Source: Gammaproteobacteria bacterium (lineage in GTDB: Bacteria > Pseudomonadota > Gammaproteobacteria > Ga0077536). From it: DNA of 64,000 nt. Under the pieces are notes generated by a model. That model was given only the letters and a program-made list of their open reading frames with translations. It was not told the origin of the DNA and ran no database searches. The stretch spans positions 88,692 to 152,691 of the forward strand of contig JBFXAQ010000011.1 of assembly GCA_050184115.1 (NCBI GenBank), given 5' to 3'. Positions 9,201-18,259 of this stretch are shown one piece after another. Both the position numbers and the translations under genes were made by a program. Positions within the stretch are counted from its first letter, which is position 1, and the number at the start of each line of letters is the position of its first letter.

Positions 9201-12200
9201 TCAGCATTCTTGAATTCGTTGCAACCGCGCCACCTGGTACGGCGCCTCCATCGCGGCGTAGCCGTCTATGGCGGCGTCGATGAGCGCCCGGCGGGCAGTG
9301 TCGTCGCCCTGGGCGGCGGCGAGTTCCGCCTGCCATTCGGCCAGGGCGGGTTCCAGGACACGGAGTTTCATGCTGGCAATCCATTGCCCGGCCGCGTGCA
9401 GTTCGCGTGCCGCTGCGTCGGCCGCGCTCGCGCCGTCGCGCCGGAGCATCGCGCGCGCGACGACGCTATGGGCGATCGCTTCGAAGTAGTGCCGGCAGGA
9501 GCGCTCGCAGTGGGCGATGACCTGGCGGGCGGTGTCGATGGCAGCGGTGTGGTCGCCGGATTCCATCAGAGCCTCGGCGAGGATGCTGCCGGACCATGCC
9601 GCGTGAACGTGTTCGACGTGATGAAGGTGGCGCTCGAAGGCATCGGCCGCGGCTGCTACCGCGCCGGCGAAGTCGCCGCTGACGAGAGCGGCATAACCAC
9701 GCATCAAGGCGACCAGGGCGACCGTGTTGGCCGGCTCACCTAGGTTGCGTGACCACGCTTCGAATGCCTGGGCGTTGGCACGCAGGGTTTCGGCATCGTG
9801 CGCAATGTGTGCACGCAACGAGTCCGTCAAAAGTGAATAAGCATCGAGCTCCGGCACCTGTTCGCGCTGCGCCTGCCGACGCAACTCCTCGAGCGCGGCC
9901 CTGGCGGCCGCCAGGCGGCCGCCCATGACGAGGAAACCGGCGCGCCACAACAACGCGAAGAGACGCGAGTGGAATACGTGCAGAAGGCCCGTGGCAAGTG
10001 CGGTCGATGGCGCCACCGCAAGTGCCGCATCGCAGGCATCGAGTGCCGCGTCCACCGCCTGCGTCCCAAACGAATCGATAAAGCCGCGAGCGACGTAGGC
10101 CTCGATGACGAGTTCGCGATCGTCTTGTTCGCGGGCGTAATGTTCGGCCGGCTCGAGCGCCGTACTCGCCGCGCGGACGTCGCCGATCGCGGACAACGCA
10201 TGTGCATAAGCCATCGACAGCACATGGCGGTTGCGCACGTCGCCAACGACCGTGGCAAAACGCTGGCCGTCGCATAGAAGGCCTGCAGTGCGCTCGGTGT
10301 CGATACGCAGGCGGTACGAGAATTGGAGCAGGTTCCTGCAGGCAGCGACTCCGAGCGTTGCGGCCTCCTCGTCGATCGGGCCCTCGCGCAGCAACTCGCG
10401 GACATGCTCCCAGTGCATGTGCGCCGCCGGCAGGTCCGTACGCCCGACCCAATCGGCAGCCCGCCAGTGCCACCGCGCCGCGAGCGGCCGCTCGCCGGCT
10501 GCCTGCCAGTGATGGGCGAGCTGTGCGGCCCGTTCGTCGAGCTTGTCGCCGGCCCGGGCCTCGATGGCTCGGGCGACCGCAGCATGCAGCGCGGCGCGCC
10601 GGCTCTGCAGCAGCGACTGGTAAGCCACCTCGTGGGTCAGCGGGTGCTTGAAGGCGTACTCGAACACCGGGTAGAGCGCACGCTCGTAGACGAAGTCACC
10701 GGCCTTGAGCCGTTCGAGCGCGGTGGCGTGCGTGCCGGTGTCGAGGTCGCTGACGGCTTCGAGCAGCGGCCCCGCGAACTCGCGGCCAATCACCGCCGCC
10801 GTCTGCAGCAGGCGCTTGGCCATCTCCGGCAGACGGTCGATACGCGCGGCGAGCACGGCGCGTACGCTGGTCGGCACCACGATGGCGTCGATCGCGCTGA
10901 CCAGGCGGTAGTGCCCCGGTTGGCCGACGAGGTCGCCTGACTCGACCAGCGCGTTGACCACTTCCTCGGTGTAGAACGGGTTGCCCGCCGTCCATTTCAC
11001 GATGCGTGGCACGAGTTCCCCGAGCGAGGCATCGGTCCCGAGCAGGTCACCGAGCAGCTCACCGAGGGCGTCCGCGCCGAGCGGCACCAGCGGCAGTTGC
11101 TGGTAATGCGCCTTGCCGGCGAAGGCCGCCTGGTACTCCGGCCGGAAGTTCAGCACCACCAGGCTCCGCCGCCCCGCCGCCGCCGCCACCAGCTGGTTGA
11201 CGAAGGCGTCGCTGCCGGGGTCGATCCAGTGCAGGTCGTCGATGAGGGTCACGGCGAGCTGACCACCGGCATCCTGGGCTTCGACCAGGCGATGCACCAG
11301 CTCGTAGAGCTGGCGCTGGCGAGCCTCGGCATCCATGCGCGGCGCCGGCTGCTGTGGGTCGGCCACGCCCATGAAATCGAGCAACACCGGCAGCGCGTCG
11401 TGCAGCCTGGCGTCGAGCAGCGCCAGGGTGCCGGCGATCTTCCGGCGCGCCTGCACGGCATCGTCGTCGGCGCGGACGTCGAAGTAGTTCCGGAACAACT
11501 CGAGCACCGGCAGGTAGGGGATGTTCCTGCCGTGCGCCGGGCAGTGCGCCTCGTAGACCGGCAGGCCGCGCCGCCGGCAGTCCTCGACGAACTCGTAGCA
11601 GAGCCGGCTCTTGCCGAGGCCCGCCTCGCCGACGATACCGACCACCTGGCCGTGCCCGCGCCCGGCGTTGGCGAGCGCGGTCTCGAGCACCTGCATCTCG
11701 GCCGCACGCCCGACGAAGCGCGACAGGCCGCGCGCCACTGACACATCCAGGCGGCTGCGCACCGTGCCCGGCGCCTCCAGCTCGAACAGCGCCACGGCCT
11801 CGGCCAGGCCCTTCAGGTTCGTCTCGCCCATCGCGCGCAGGCGGAAATAACCGTGCACCAGGCGCTCGGTCGCACCGCCCAGGTACACGCAGCCCGGCGC
11901 CGCCAGTTGCTCGATGCGCTGCGCGATACCCACCGTCGCGCCCTGCGCGGTGTAGTCCATGCGCAGGTCGTCGCCGATTTTGCCGACTACCACCTCGCCC
12001 GAGTTCAGGCCCAGGCGGAAGCTGAAGTTGAGCCCGTCGGTCAGGCGCAGCTCGTCGGCATAGGTCCGCAAGGCGTCACGCGCGGCGAGCGCGGCGTAAC
12101 ACGCCCGCTGGGCGTGGTCTTCGTGGGCCAGCGGCGCACCGAACAGGGCCATGATGCCGTCGCCGGTGTACTGGTTCACGGTGCCTTCGTAGCGGTGCAC

Positions 12201-12584
12201 GGCCTCGGTCAGGATGGCGAAGTAGCGTTCCAACAGCCGGTGCCAGTGCTCGGGATCCAACTGCTGGGCGAGCTGCATCGAGCCCTGGATGTCGCAGAAC
12301 AGCACCGTCACCTGCTTGCGCTCGCCTTCCAGCGCCGTCTTCGACTGCAGGATCTTCTCGGCCAGGTGCTTCGGCGTGTAGTCGCGCGGCAGGCGTGGCG
12401 CGGCTGAACCGGCCGGCTGCGCTGCTTCGGCGGCTTGCAACGGCGTGCCGCAAGCGCCGCAGAAGTGGTGATCGGGCGGATTCGAGCGAGCGCAGGACGG
12501 GCAGGTGCGTTCGAGGGCCGTGCCGCAGCCGCCGCAGAAGGCGTTCTCCGGCGGGTTATCGCGGCCGCAACGTGCGCAGTTCAT
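9201..12584 (-). CDS. Double zinc ribbon - class III nucleotide cyclase - STAND AAA ATPase - TPR-like protein (paralog A)
   Basis: CxxC/FCxxCG twice at the N-terminus; cyclase motifs VLFCDIQGS and YTGDGIMALFG; Walker A GEAGLGKS; Walker B LIDDLHWID; YAFKHPLTHEVAY; Ala/Leu-rich helical C-terminus; 1127 aa. Confidence 0.93.
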   Translation of the reverse strand: MNCARCGRDNPPENAFCGGCGTALERTCPSCARSNPPDHHFCGACGTPLQAAEAAQPAGSAAPRLPRDYTPKHLAEKILQSKTALEGERKQVTVLFCDIQGSMQLAQQLDPEHWHRLLERYFAILTEAVHRYEGTVNQYTGDGIMALFGAPLAHEDHAQRACYAALAARDALRTYADELRLTDGLNFSFRLGLNSGEVVVGKIGDDLRMDYTAQGATVGIAQRIEQLAAPGCVYLGGATERLVHGYFRLRAMGETNLKGLAEAVALFELEAPGTVRSRLDVSVARGLSRFVGRAAEMQVLETALANAGRGHGQVVGIVGEAGLGKSRLCYEFVEDCRRRGLPVYEAHCPAHGRNIPYLPVLELFRNYFDVRADDDAVQARRKIAGTLALLDARLHDALPVLLDFMGVADPQQPAPRMDAEARQRQLYELVHRLVEAQDAGGQLAVTLIDDLHWIDPGSDAFVNQLVAAAAGRRSLVVLNFRPEYQAAFAGKAHYQQLPLVPLGADALGELLGDLLGTDASLGELVPRIVKWTAGNPFYTEEVVNALVESGDLVGQPGHYRLVSAIDAIVVPTSVRAVLAARIDRLPEMAKRLLQTAAVIGREFAGPLLEAVSDLDTGTHATALERLKAGDFVYERALYPVFEYAFKHPLTHEVAYQSLLQSRRAALHAAVARAIEARAGDKLDERAAQLAHHWQAAGERPLAARWHWRAADWVGRTDLPAAHMHWEHVRELLREGPIDEEAATLGVAACRNLLQFSYRLRIDTERTAGLLCDGQRFATVVGDVRNRHVLSMAYAHALSAIGDVRAASTALEPAEHYAREQDDRELVIEAYVARGFIDSFGTQAVDAALDACDAALAVAPSTALATGLLHVFHSRLFALLWRAGFLVMGGRLAAARAALEELRRQAQREQVPELDAYSLLTDSLRAHIAHDAETLRANAQAFEAWSRNLGEPANTVALVALMRGYAALVSGDFAGAVAAAADAFERHLHHVEHVHAAWSGSILAEALMESGDHTAAIDTARQVIAHCERSCRHYFEAIAHSVVARAMLRRDGASAADAAARELHAAGQWIASMKLRVLEPALAEWQAELAAAQGDDTARRALIDAAIDGYAAMEAPYQVARLQRIQEC

Positions 12585-12745
12585 GCTTCGATCGACCGTG
12601 CATAGGCTTCCCAGCCGGCCACGCCCATCGCGGCCAGCAGTTGGGGCAATTCGGCCAATTCGGTGACAGTTACTGTATTTTCGCGGACGGAAATACAGTA
12701 ACTGTCACCGAATTGGCGGCAGTGGCCGCAGCGTGTGCAGTTCAT
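12581..12745 (-). pseudogene. 54-aa vestigial cyclase-STAND paralog: paralog N-terminus + palindromic doublet + paralog C-terminus, in frame
   Basis: Translates MNCTRCGHCRQFGDSYCISVRENTVTVTELAELPQLLAAMGVAGWEAYARSIEA*. Start resembles paralog A (MNCARCG); end resembles paralog B (LLAAMGVTGWEAYARSIEA). ATGA overlaps with both neighbours. Confidence 0.7.
12654..12717. repeat. Inverted doublet of the palindromic element
   Basis: GCCAATTCGGTGACAGTTACTGTATTT-TCGCGGACGG-AAATACAGTAACTGTCACCGAATTGGC, perfect 27-bp arms. Confidence 0.93.
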
Positions 12746-15700
12746 GCTTCGATCGACCGCGCGTAGGCTTCCCAGCCGGTCACGCCCATCGCGGCCAGCA
12801 GTCGCCGTGCTTCGGCGAGATCCTGCGCCATGGCCTGCGGGTCACCGCGCAGCCGGGCGAGCCCGGCACGTTCCAGCAGGATGAACGGCAGCCACAGCTG
12901 GGCATCCGTGCGTCGAATGATTTCGAGCGCCTCCTCGATCTGCGCTTCGAGCTCGGCGGCGAGATCTGCTTCACCCAGCATGCGCAGCACGCGCGCGCGC
13001 TCGCGACCGTTCGTCATCAACGCGATGTCCAGGCCGTTGGCACGCGCCCGCTCGGTGCCGCGCTCGGCCAGTCGCAATGCTTCCGCAGGCTGGCCCAGGC
13101 CGGCTTTGCACACGGCCTGGTAGCCGTCCATGAGGATGTCCCACTCGCGGCCGGTGCCGCTATCGGCGATGAGCTGGCGTGCACGCGCGAAGAACTCGTC
13201 GGCCTCGATCCATCGTTCCGCGAGGTAGTTCGCCAGCCCGCGCCCGAGCAACGCGAACACCACGTTGTTGTTGGCGCCGAAGCGCTCGGCGATGCGCAAC
13301 GACTCGAGCGACGTGGTTTCGGCTTGCTGCGCATCTCCCAGGCCCCAATACAACCAGGCGCGATCGCTGAGGACATAGGAAGCATCCCAGTGTGAACCGA
13401 TGCGGCGTAGCAGCTCCGAAAGTCGCTTGAAGAACGCATCGAAGTGCGCGGGCGATCCGAGCTGAAAGGCAACGTTGCCACGCAGCGTGAGGGATTCCAG
13501 GTAGGGCCGGTGGCCGAGGATCTCGACGTGGATGGCGTCGTCACTCCCGCCGATCGCGAGAACCTCGTCCAGCACCGCGGCACAGTCGTGCAGGCGGACT
13601 TGCCAGAGCAGTCCGCGCGCAAGGGTATAGCGCGCATGGAGTTGGATCGCTTGGACGGCTTCGGCGTCGGCCAGGGTGATTGCGCGCTTCGCGTGGGATT
13701 CCACCGCTCGCCAGTCGGCCTGCCCGGTCATGAGCCAGGCGTAGGCGGCTTCGATCAAGGATTCGGCTGACCGATCTTCGGCCGACTGCGCCAGCGCGAT
13801 GGCGGTGTGGTAGAGCGCTTCGGACCGGGGCGCCTCGGTGCCGAGGCGATCGAGCGTCGACAGCAACTCGGGGTAGACCTCGAGCAAAAGGCGCGTGGCG
13901 TCCGCGTTGCCGGTGAGCGGCTCCACGAGCGCGCGCGCCTGGTTCCAATGCCGATAGGAGGCGGCGAGGTCGGTGCGCTGGACCCAGCGCGCGGCACGCA
14001 CGTGCCAGGTCGCGGCGACCAGGGACTCGCCGGCCTGTTCGTAGTGGTGCGCGAGGAGGCCAGCCTGTTCATCCGGCCGCGCCGCGACCGCAGCCGCGAT
14101 GGCCTGGGCGATCGCCGCATGGCGCGCGCGGCGGGCGGCTCCGAGTTGCGCATGTAGTGCCACTTCGTGGGTCAGGGGGTGCTTGAAGGCATATTCGGCG
14201 ACCGGGTAGAGGGCCCGTTCGTGCACGAGTTCCGCGGCGAGCAGGTTCGCGAGCGCGCCATCGAACGCGTCGCCGAGATCAGGCAGCACCGTCTCGAGCA
14301 GCGGCCGCGGGAACTCCCGCCCGATGACCGCGGCGGTATAGAGAACCTGCTTCTCGCGCTCGCCGAGGCGGTCGATGCGCGCCGCGAGCAGGGCCTGCAC
14401 GGTGGGCGGGACCTGCAACGATTCCAGCGCCGTGACCAGCTGGTAGGCGCCGCGCGTGCCCGCCAGCGCGCCGGTCTCGAGCAGGGACAACACGATCTCC
14501 TCGGCGAAGAAGGGATTGCCGCCGGATCGTGTGCCGATGAGCACCGGCAGATCGGCGACGGAGGCGTGCGAACCGACCCAGTCCTGCACTAGGGCCGTGA
14601 GTTCGTCCGGCCCGAGCGGCGCCATCGGTAATTGCAGCACCCACGACTTGCGCAGCCAATCGGCCGTGTACTCCGGGCGGAAATTGACCAGCAGCAGGGT
14701 GCGCGTGGTGCTGACCGCCTCAACGATTTGGGTAACGAATTGATCGCTGCCCGGATCGATCCAGTGCAGGTCGTCGATCAGGAGTACCAACGGTGTCGAC
14801 TGCGAGCGCAGGTGGACCAGGCGGCGCAGGAAGGTGAACAAACGCTGCTGACGCACCGCGGGTTCGAGCTGCAACGAAGGTGTGTTCGGATCGGCGACGC
14901 CGAGGAAATCGAGCACGAGCGCGCGATCGTCGGCGAAGTCGTCGTCGAGCAGGGCGAGCTCGCCGGCGATCTTCTGCCGCGCCTCGCGCAGGCCGTCCTG
15001 CTCGGTGATGCCGAACAGGTTGCGCAGGAGCTCGAGCAGCGGCAGGTAGGGGATGGTCTTGCCGTGCGCCGGGCAATGCGCCTCGTAGACCGTGAGCCCC
15101 TGACCGCGGCAGCGCTCGACGAACTCGGCGCACAGGCGGCTCTTGCCGACGCCGGCCTCGCCGACCACCGCGGCCACCCGACCGGTACCGTCGAGGGCGC
15201 GTTGCAGTGCGACGTCCAACGCTTCCATCTCCTCGTCGCGTCCGACGAAGCGCGACAGGCCGCGTGCGCGCGAGGTGTCCAGGCGCGAGCGGTAGCGACC
15301 GGGCGCTTCCAGCACGTGCACGCCGACGGGCGCATCGAGGCCCTTGATCGGCACCGCGCCGAGCGCGCGCAGCGCGAAGTAGCCGTCCACCGCACGGCGT
15401 GTGTGCTCGGACAGGGCGATGCCATCGGCGGGCGCGAGCTGCTCCATGCGTTGGGCCAGCCCGACGGTCTGGCCCTGCGCGGTGTAGTCCATGCGCAGGT
15501 TGTCGCCGATGCGCCCGACCACCACTTCACCCGAGTTCATGCCGAGGCGGAAGGAGAAGTTGACGCCCGGCGATATGCGCAGCTCGTCCGCGTATTCACC
15601 AAGCCGTTCGCGCAGGTGGAGCGCCGCGTAGCAGGCACGCTGGGCGTGGTCCTCGTGCGCGATGGGCGCGCCGAACAAGGCCATGATGCCGTCGCCGGTG

Positions 15701-16110
15701 TACTGGTTGACCGTGCCCTCGAAGCGGTGCACACCCTCGGCGAGGATGGCGAAGAAGCGGTCGAGGATCCCGTGCCAGGTCTCGGGATCGAGCTGGCCGG
15801 CGAGTTCCATCGAACCCTTGACGTCGGCGAACAGCACCGTGACCTGCTTGCGCTCGCCTTCGAGCGCGGACCTGGTCTGCAGGATCTTCTCGGCGAGATG
15901 CGGCGGGGTGTAGTCGCGCGGGACGCGGGCGGGGACGGCAGGCGCTTGCGGTGGCGCTGCCGTCACCGGGGTGCCGCAGCTCGCGCAGAAGCGCGCGGCG
16001 GGTGGCAGCTCGGTATTGCAGTTCGTGCAGTGCGCGGCGCAGGCGGTGCCGCAGTTCGGGCAGAAGCGGGCGCCGCCCGGCAGTGGATGATGGCAGGCCG
16101 CGCAATTCAT
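12742..16110 (-). CDS. Double zinc ribbon - class III nucleotide cyclase - STAND AAA ATPase - TPR-like protein (paralog B)
   Basis: Same architecture as A: VLFADVKGS, YTGDGIMALFG, GEAGVGKS, LIDDLHWID, YAFKHPLTHEVA; 1122 aa. Confidence 0.93.
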   Translation of the reverse strand: MNCAACHHPLPGGARFCPNCGTACAAHCTNCNTELPPAARFCASCGTPVTAAPPQAPAVPARVPRDYTPPHLAEKILQTRSALEGERKQVTVLFADVKGSMELAGQLDPETWHGILDRFFAILAEGVHRFEGTVNQYTGDGIMALFGAPIAHEDHAQRACYAALHLRERLGEYADELRISPGVNFSFRLGMNSGEVVVGRIGDNLRMDYTAQGQTVGLAQRMEQLAPADGIALSEHTRRAVDGYFALRALGAVPIKGLDAPVGVHVLEAPGRYRSRLDTSRARGLSRFVGRDEEMEALDVALQRALDGTGRVAAVVGEAGVGKSRLCAEFVERCRGQGLTVYEAHCPAHGKTIPYLPLLELLRNLFGITEQDGLREARQKIAGELALLDDDFADDRALVLDFLGVADPNTPSLQLEPAVRQQRLFTFLRRLVHLRSQSTPLVLLIDDLHWIDPGSDQFVTQIVEAVSTTRTLLLVNFRPEYTADWLRKSWVLQLPMAPLGPDELTALVQDWVGSHASVADLPVLIGTRSGGNPFFAEEIVLSLLETGALAGTRGAYQLVTALESLQVPPTVQALLAARIDRLGEREKQVLYTAAVIGREFPRPLLETVLPDLGDAFDGALANLLAAELVHERALYPVAEYAFKHPLTHEVALHAQLGAARRARHAAIAQAIAAAVAARPDEQAGLLAHHYEQAGESLVAATWHVRAARWVQRTDLAASYRHWNQARALVEPLTGNADATRLLLEVYPELLSTLDRLGTEAPRSEALYHTAIALAQSAEDRSAESLIEAAYAWLMTGQADWRAVESHAKRAITLADAEAVQAIQLHARYTLARGLLWQVRLHDCAAVLDEVLAIGGSDDAIHVEILGHRPYLESLTLRGNVAFQLGSPAHFDAFFKRLSELLRRIGSHWDASYVLSDRAWLYWGLGDAQQAETTSLESLRIAERFGANNNVVFALLGRGLANYLAERWIEADEFFARARQLIADSGTGREWDILMDGYQAVCKAGLGQPAEALRLAERGTERARANGLDIALMTNGRERARVLRMLGEADLAAELEAQIEEALEIIRRTDAQLWLPFILLERAGLARLRGDPQAMAQDLAEARRLLAAMGVTGWEAYARSIEA

Positions 16111-16117
16111 CGCGGCC

Positions 16118-18094
16118 TCAGTCCAGCCCGGCCTGGCGTAATGCGGCGTTGCGGCGCGCGTCGACGGCCGGGCGAGAAATGCAGAGGTACCCCTGCATCA
16201 GGGCCAGTGAGAGATCGGGCCGTATGCGTCGGCCTTCGACAATCGCTTCGCGCGCCTCGTCCACACGGCCGAGCGCAACATGGTTCATGGCCAGGTAGAT
16301 GTAACCCGTGAAATAACCTGGCTGTACCGCAAGCAAGCGCCTCGCTTCTTCGAGTGCGTCCTCGTGGCGACCGAGTTCCCAATAGGCGAGCGCGAAGTTG
16401 TCGTGGATCCACACCGTGTCCGCGCGAGGATTCAGCCGCTGGGCCCGTTCAGTAGCCATCAGCGCGCCCTCGGCATCGCCGGACACGGCGAAAACGAAAC
16501 CGAGCATGATCCAGGCCATCGGCATACTCGGGTTGAGTTCGATCGCGCGATTCATCGCCTCGAGGCTGGGCGCGATATCGCCGAGGGCAAGATGAAGACA
16601 GCCCACGGCCAGGTGCGCCACCGGATCACGCGGGTCGAGCTCCACGGCCATGCGCGCATCGCGCACCAGTGGCTGAACGAACGCTTCTCGCGCCCCCGGG
16701 GCCATCAGAAAGGGTTCGATGCAACCGGCAAAGGCGGCATACGCAAACGCCGTGGCAAAGCGGGGATCCCGTTCGGTCGCGCGGGTGAACAGTTCACGTG
16801 CCGCACGAAAATCCTCTCCGGTGTAACGATCGAAATGCTGCAAACCGAGCTGGTACAGGCCCCAGGCCTGGAGATCGTGGGTGCCCCGTTGACGAGCTCG
16901 TTCGCCCTCGGCGCGGGTTAGATCGTCGACCAGCGATGCCGCCACGACCTCGCTGATCTCGTCCTGCAGCGCGAAGACGTCCTCGACATCGCGATCGTAG
17001 GTCTCGGCCCACACGTGTTCGGCACGCTGCGCATCGATGAGCTGCGCCGTGACCCGGATGCGATCGCCGCCGCGGCGCACGCTGCCCTCCACCAGATAAC
17101 GGGCGCCGAGCGCACGCCCGACCTCCTTCAAGTCCTGATTGCCACCCCGATACTGGAAGCTGGAGTTACGCGCGATGACCGGGAACGCGCGCCACGCGGC
17201 AAGCCGGGTGATGAGGTCCTCGGCGAGGCCGTCGGCGAAGAAGGCCTGCTCGGGATCGGGCGAAAGATTGTCGAATGGCAGCACGGCGATGGCCGGGCGC
17301 TCGCTGAACGCACCCGCGGTGTCCGTCATGTCGGCGGTCGGCGCGGTGGGGTTGGCGAGCGCGGGTGCCGGGCCTGGCGAAGCCGCGTCGCGCTGGCGAT
17401 GCAGCACGGCGCCGACCGTCAGTAGCAGTGCCGCGACCAGCATCGCGGCTGCCACCAGGCGCGCGTTCGATGCCTGCCATCGCCGCACGGGCGACTGCGC
17501 CATGGCGTCGGGCCGCGCCGGCGGTTCGAGGTTGCCGAGACCTTCGAGACCCACCGTGTGCAGTTCGACCTCGCCGGAAATCCCTTTCAGCCGGTAGCCG
17601 CCACAGTTGCGCCAGGTGATCGCGCGGCGGAACAAGCGATTGTCCACGCGCTGCCGCGCGCTCTCGGCGACGGCGGCCGAGACGAGCACTTGTGCCGGCC
17701 GTGCGAGCGCGGCGATACGCGCCGCGAGGTCGACGGCCAGGCCCTCCACGCGCCGCTGAGGCGTGCCACCATCCGCGGCGTGCTCACTGACCTCGCCGAT
17801 GTGCATGCCCACCCGCACACCCGGCAGCTCGCTGGCCTCGGCGTGCGCGGCCTGGAGCTGCAACGCGAAGTGCATGGCCGCACTCGCCGACTCGAAGGTG
17901 AGAAAGCATCCGTCGCCGGCCCAGTCGACGATCTGCCCGTCGTGTGCGGCGGCGAGTCCTTGCACTAGCGCGCGATGCCGGCTGAGCAGCTCGGCGGCAG
18001 GGTGGTCGCCGTGGCGGGCCTTCAAGGCCGTCGAGGCGACGAGATCGGTGAAGACCAGCGTCAGGATCCGCGACAGGGTGGCGGCCTGGCTCAT
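16118..18094 (-). CDS. Class III cyclase - transmembrane helix - TolB-like - TPR protein (copy 1)
   Basis: LVFTDLVAST / WAGDGCFLTF / RVGMHIGEV cyclase motifs; hydrophobic LVAAAMLVAALLLTVGAVL; RPAIAVLPFDNLS...FFADGLAEDLIT...YLVEGSVRR TolB-like signature; TPR repeats (AVELDPRDP, AIELNPS). Confidence 0.9.
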   Translation of the reverse strand: MSQAATLSRILTLVFTDLVASTALKARHGDHPAAELLSRHRALVQGLAAAHDGQIVDWAGDGCFLTFESASAAMHFALQLQAAHAEASELPGVRVGMHIGEVSEHAADGGTPQRRVEGLAVDLAARIAALARPAQVLVSAAVAESARQRVDNRLFRRAITWRNCGGYRLKGISGEVELHTVGLEGLGNLEPPARPDAMAQSPVRRWQASNARLVAAAMLVAALLLTVGAVLHRQRDAASPGPAPALANPTAPTADMTDTAGAFSERPAIAVLPFDNLSPDPEQAFFADGLAEDLITRLAAWRAFPVIARNSSFQYRGGNQDLKEVGRALGARYLVEGSVRRGGDRIRVTAQLIDAQRAEHVWAETYDRDVEDVFALQDEISEVVAASLVDDLTRAEGERARQRGTHDLQAWGLYQLGLQHFDRYTGEDFRAARELFTRATERDPRFATAFAYAAFAGCIEPFLMAPGAREAFVQPLVRDARMAVELDPRDPVAHLAVGCLHLALGDIAPSLEAMNRAIELNPSMPMAWIMLGFVFAVSGDAEGALMATERAQRLNPRADTVWIHDNFALAYWELGRHEDALEEARRLLAVQPGYFTGYIYLAMNHVALGRVDEAREAIVEGRRIRPDLSLALMQGYLCISRPAVDARRNAALRQAGLD

Positions 18095-18259
18095 CCCGGT
18101 GTGACGCGCAAGCCGGGCACCGGGGTTACCCGGCTACGGCCGCTGCGGCCTGGGGACGGAAAGCGCCCGTGGCCTGGGTGTCGCGCGCAGCGGGTCCTGC
18201 CGTGATCCCGTACCGGTTCGCGGCGCTTTGCGGGGCGGCGACGGTCGCACATAACACGT

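Larger units (their letters stand above)
12561..12802. repeat. 81-bp direct repeat (12561-12641 / 12722-12802) flanking an 80-bp insert
   Basis: Manual alignment gives 75/81 identical; all 6 differences are transitions. Confidence 0.9.

Noticed and set aside
12671-12700. TACTGTAT...ATACAGTA as a LexA/SOS box
   Set aside because: Half-sites resemble CTGT/ACAG but the spacing is much longer than the required 8 bp and varies among doublets.
14632-16311. 559-aa plus-strand ORF and similar long ORFs (19215-20549, 20527-21771, 21994-23601, 39161-41242, 61629-63368)
   Set aside because: Opposite-strand shadows of well-supported genes in high-GC DNA; no recognisable motifs.
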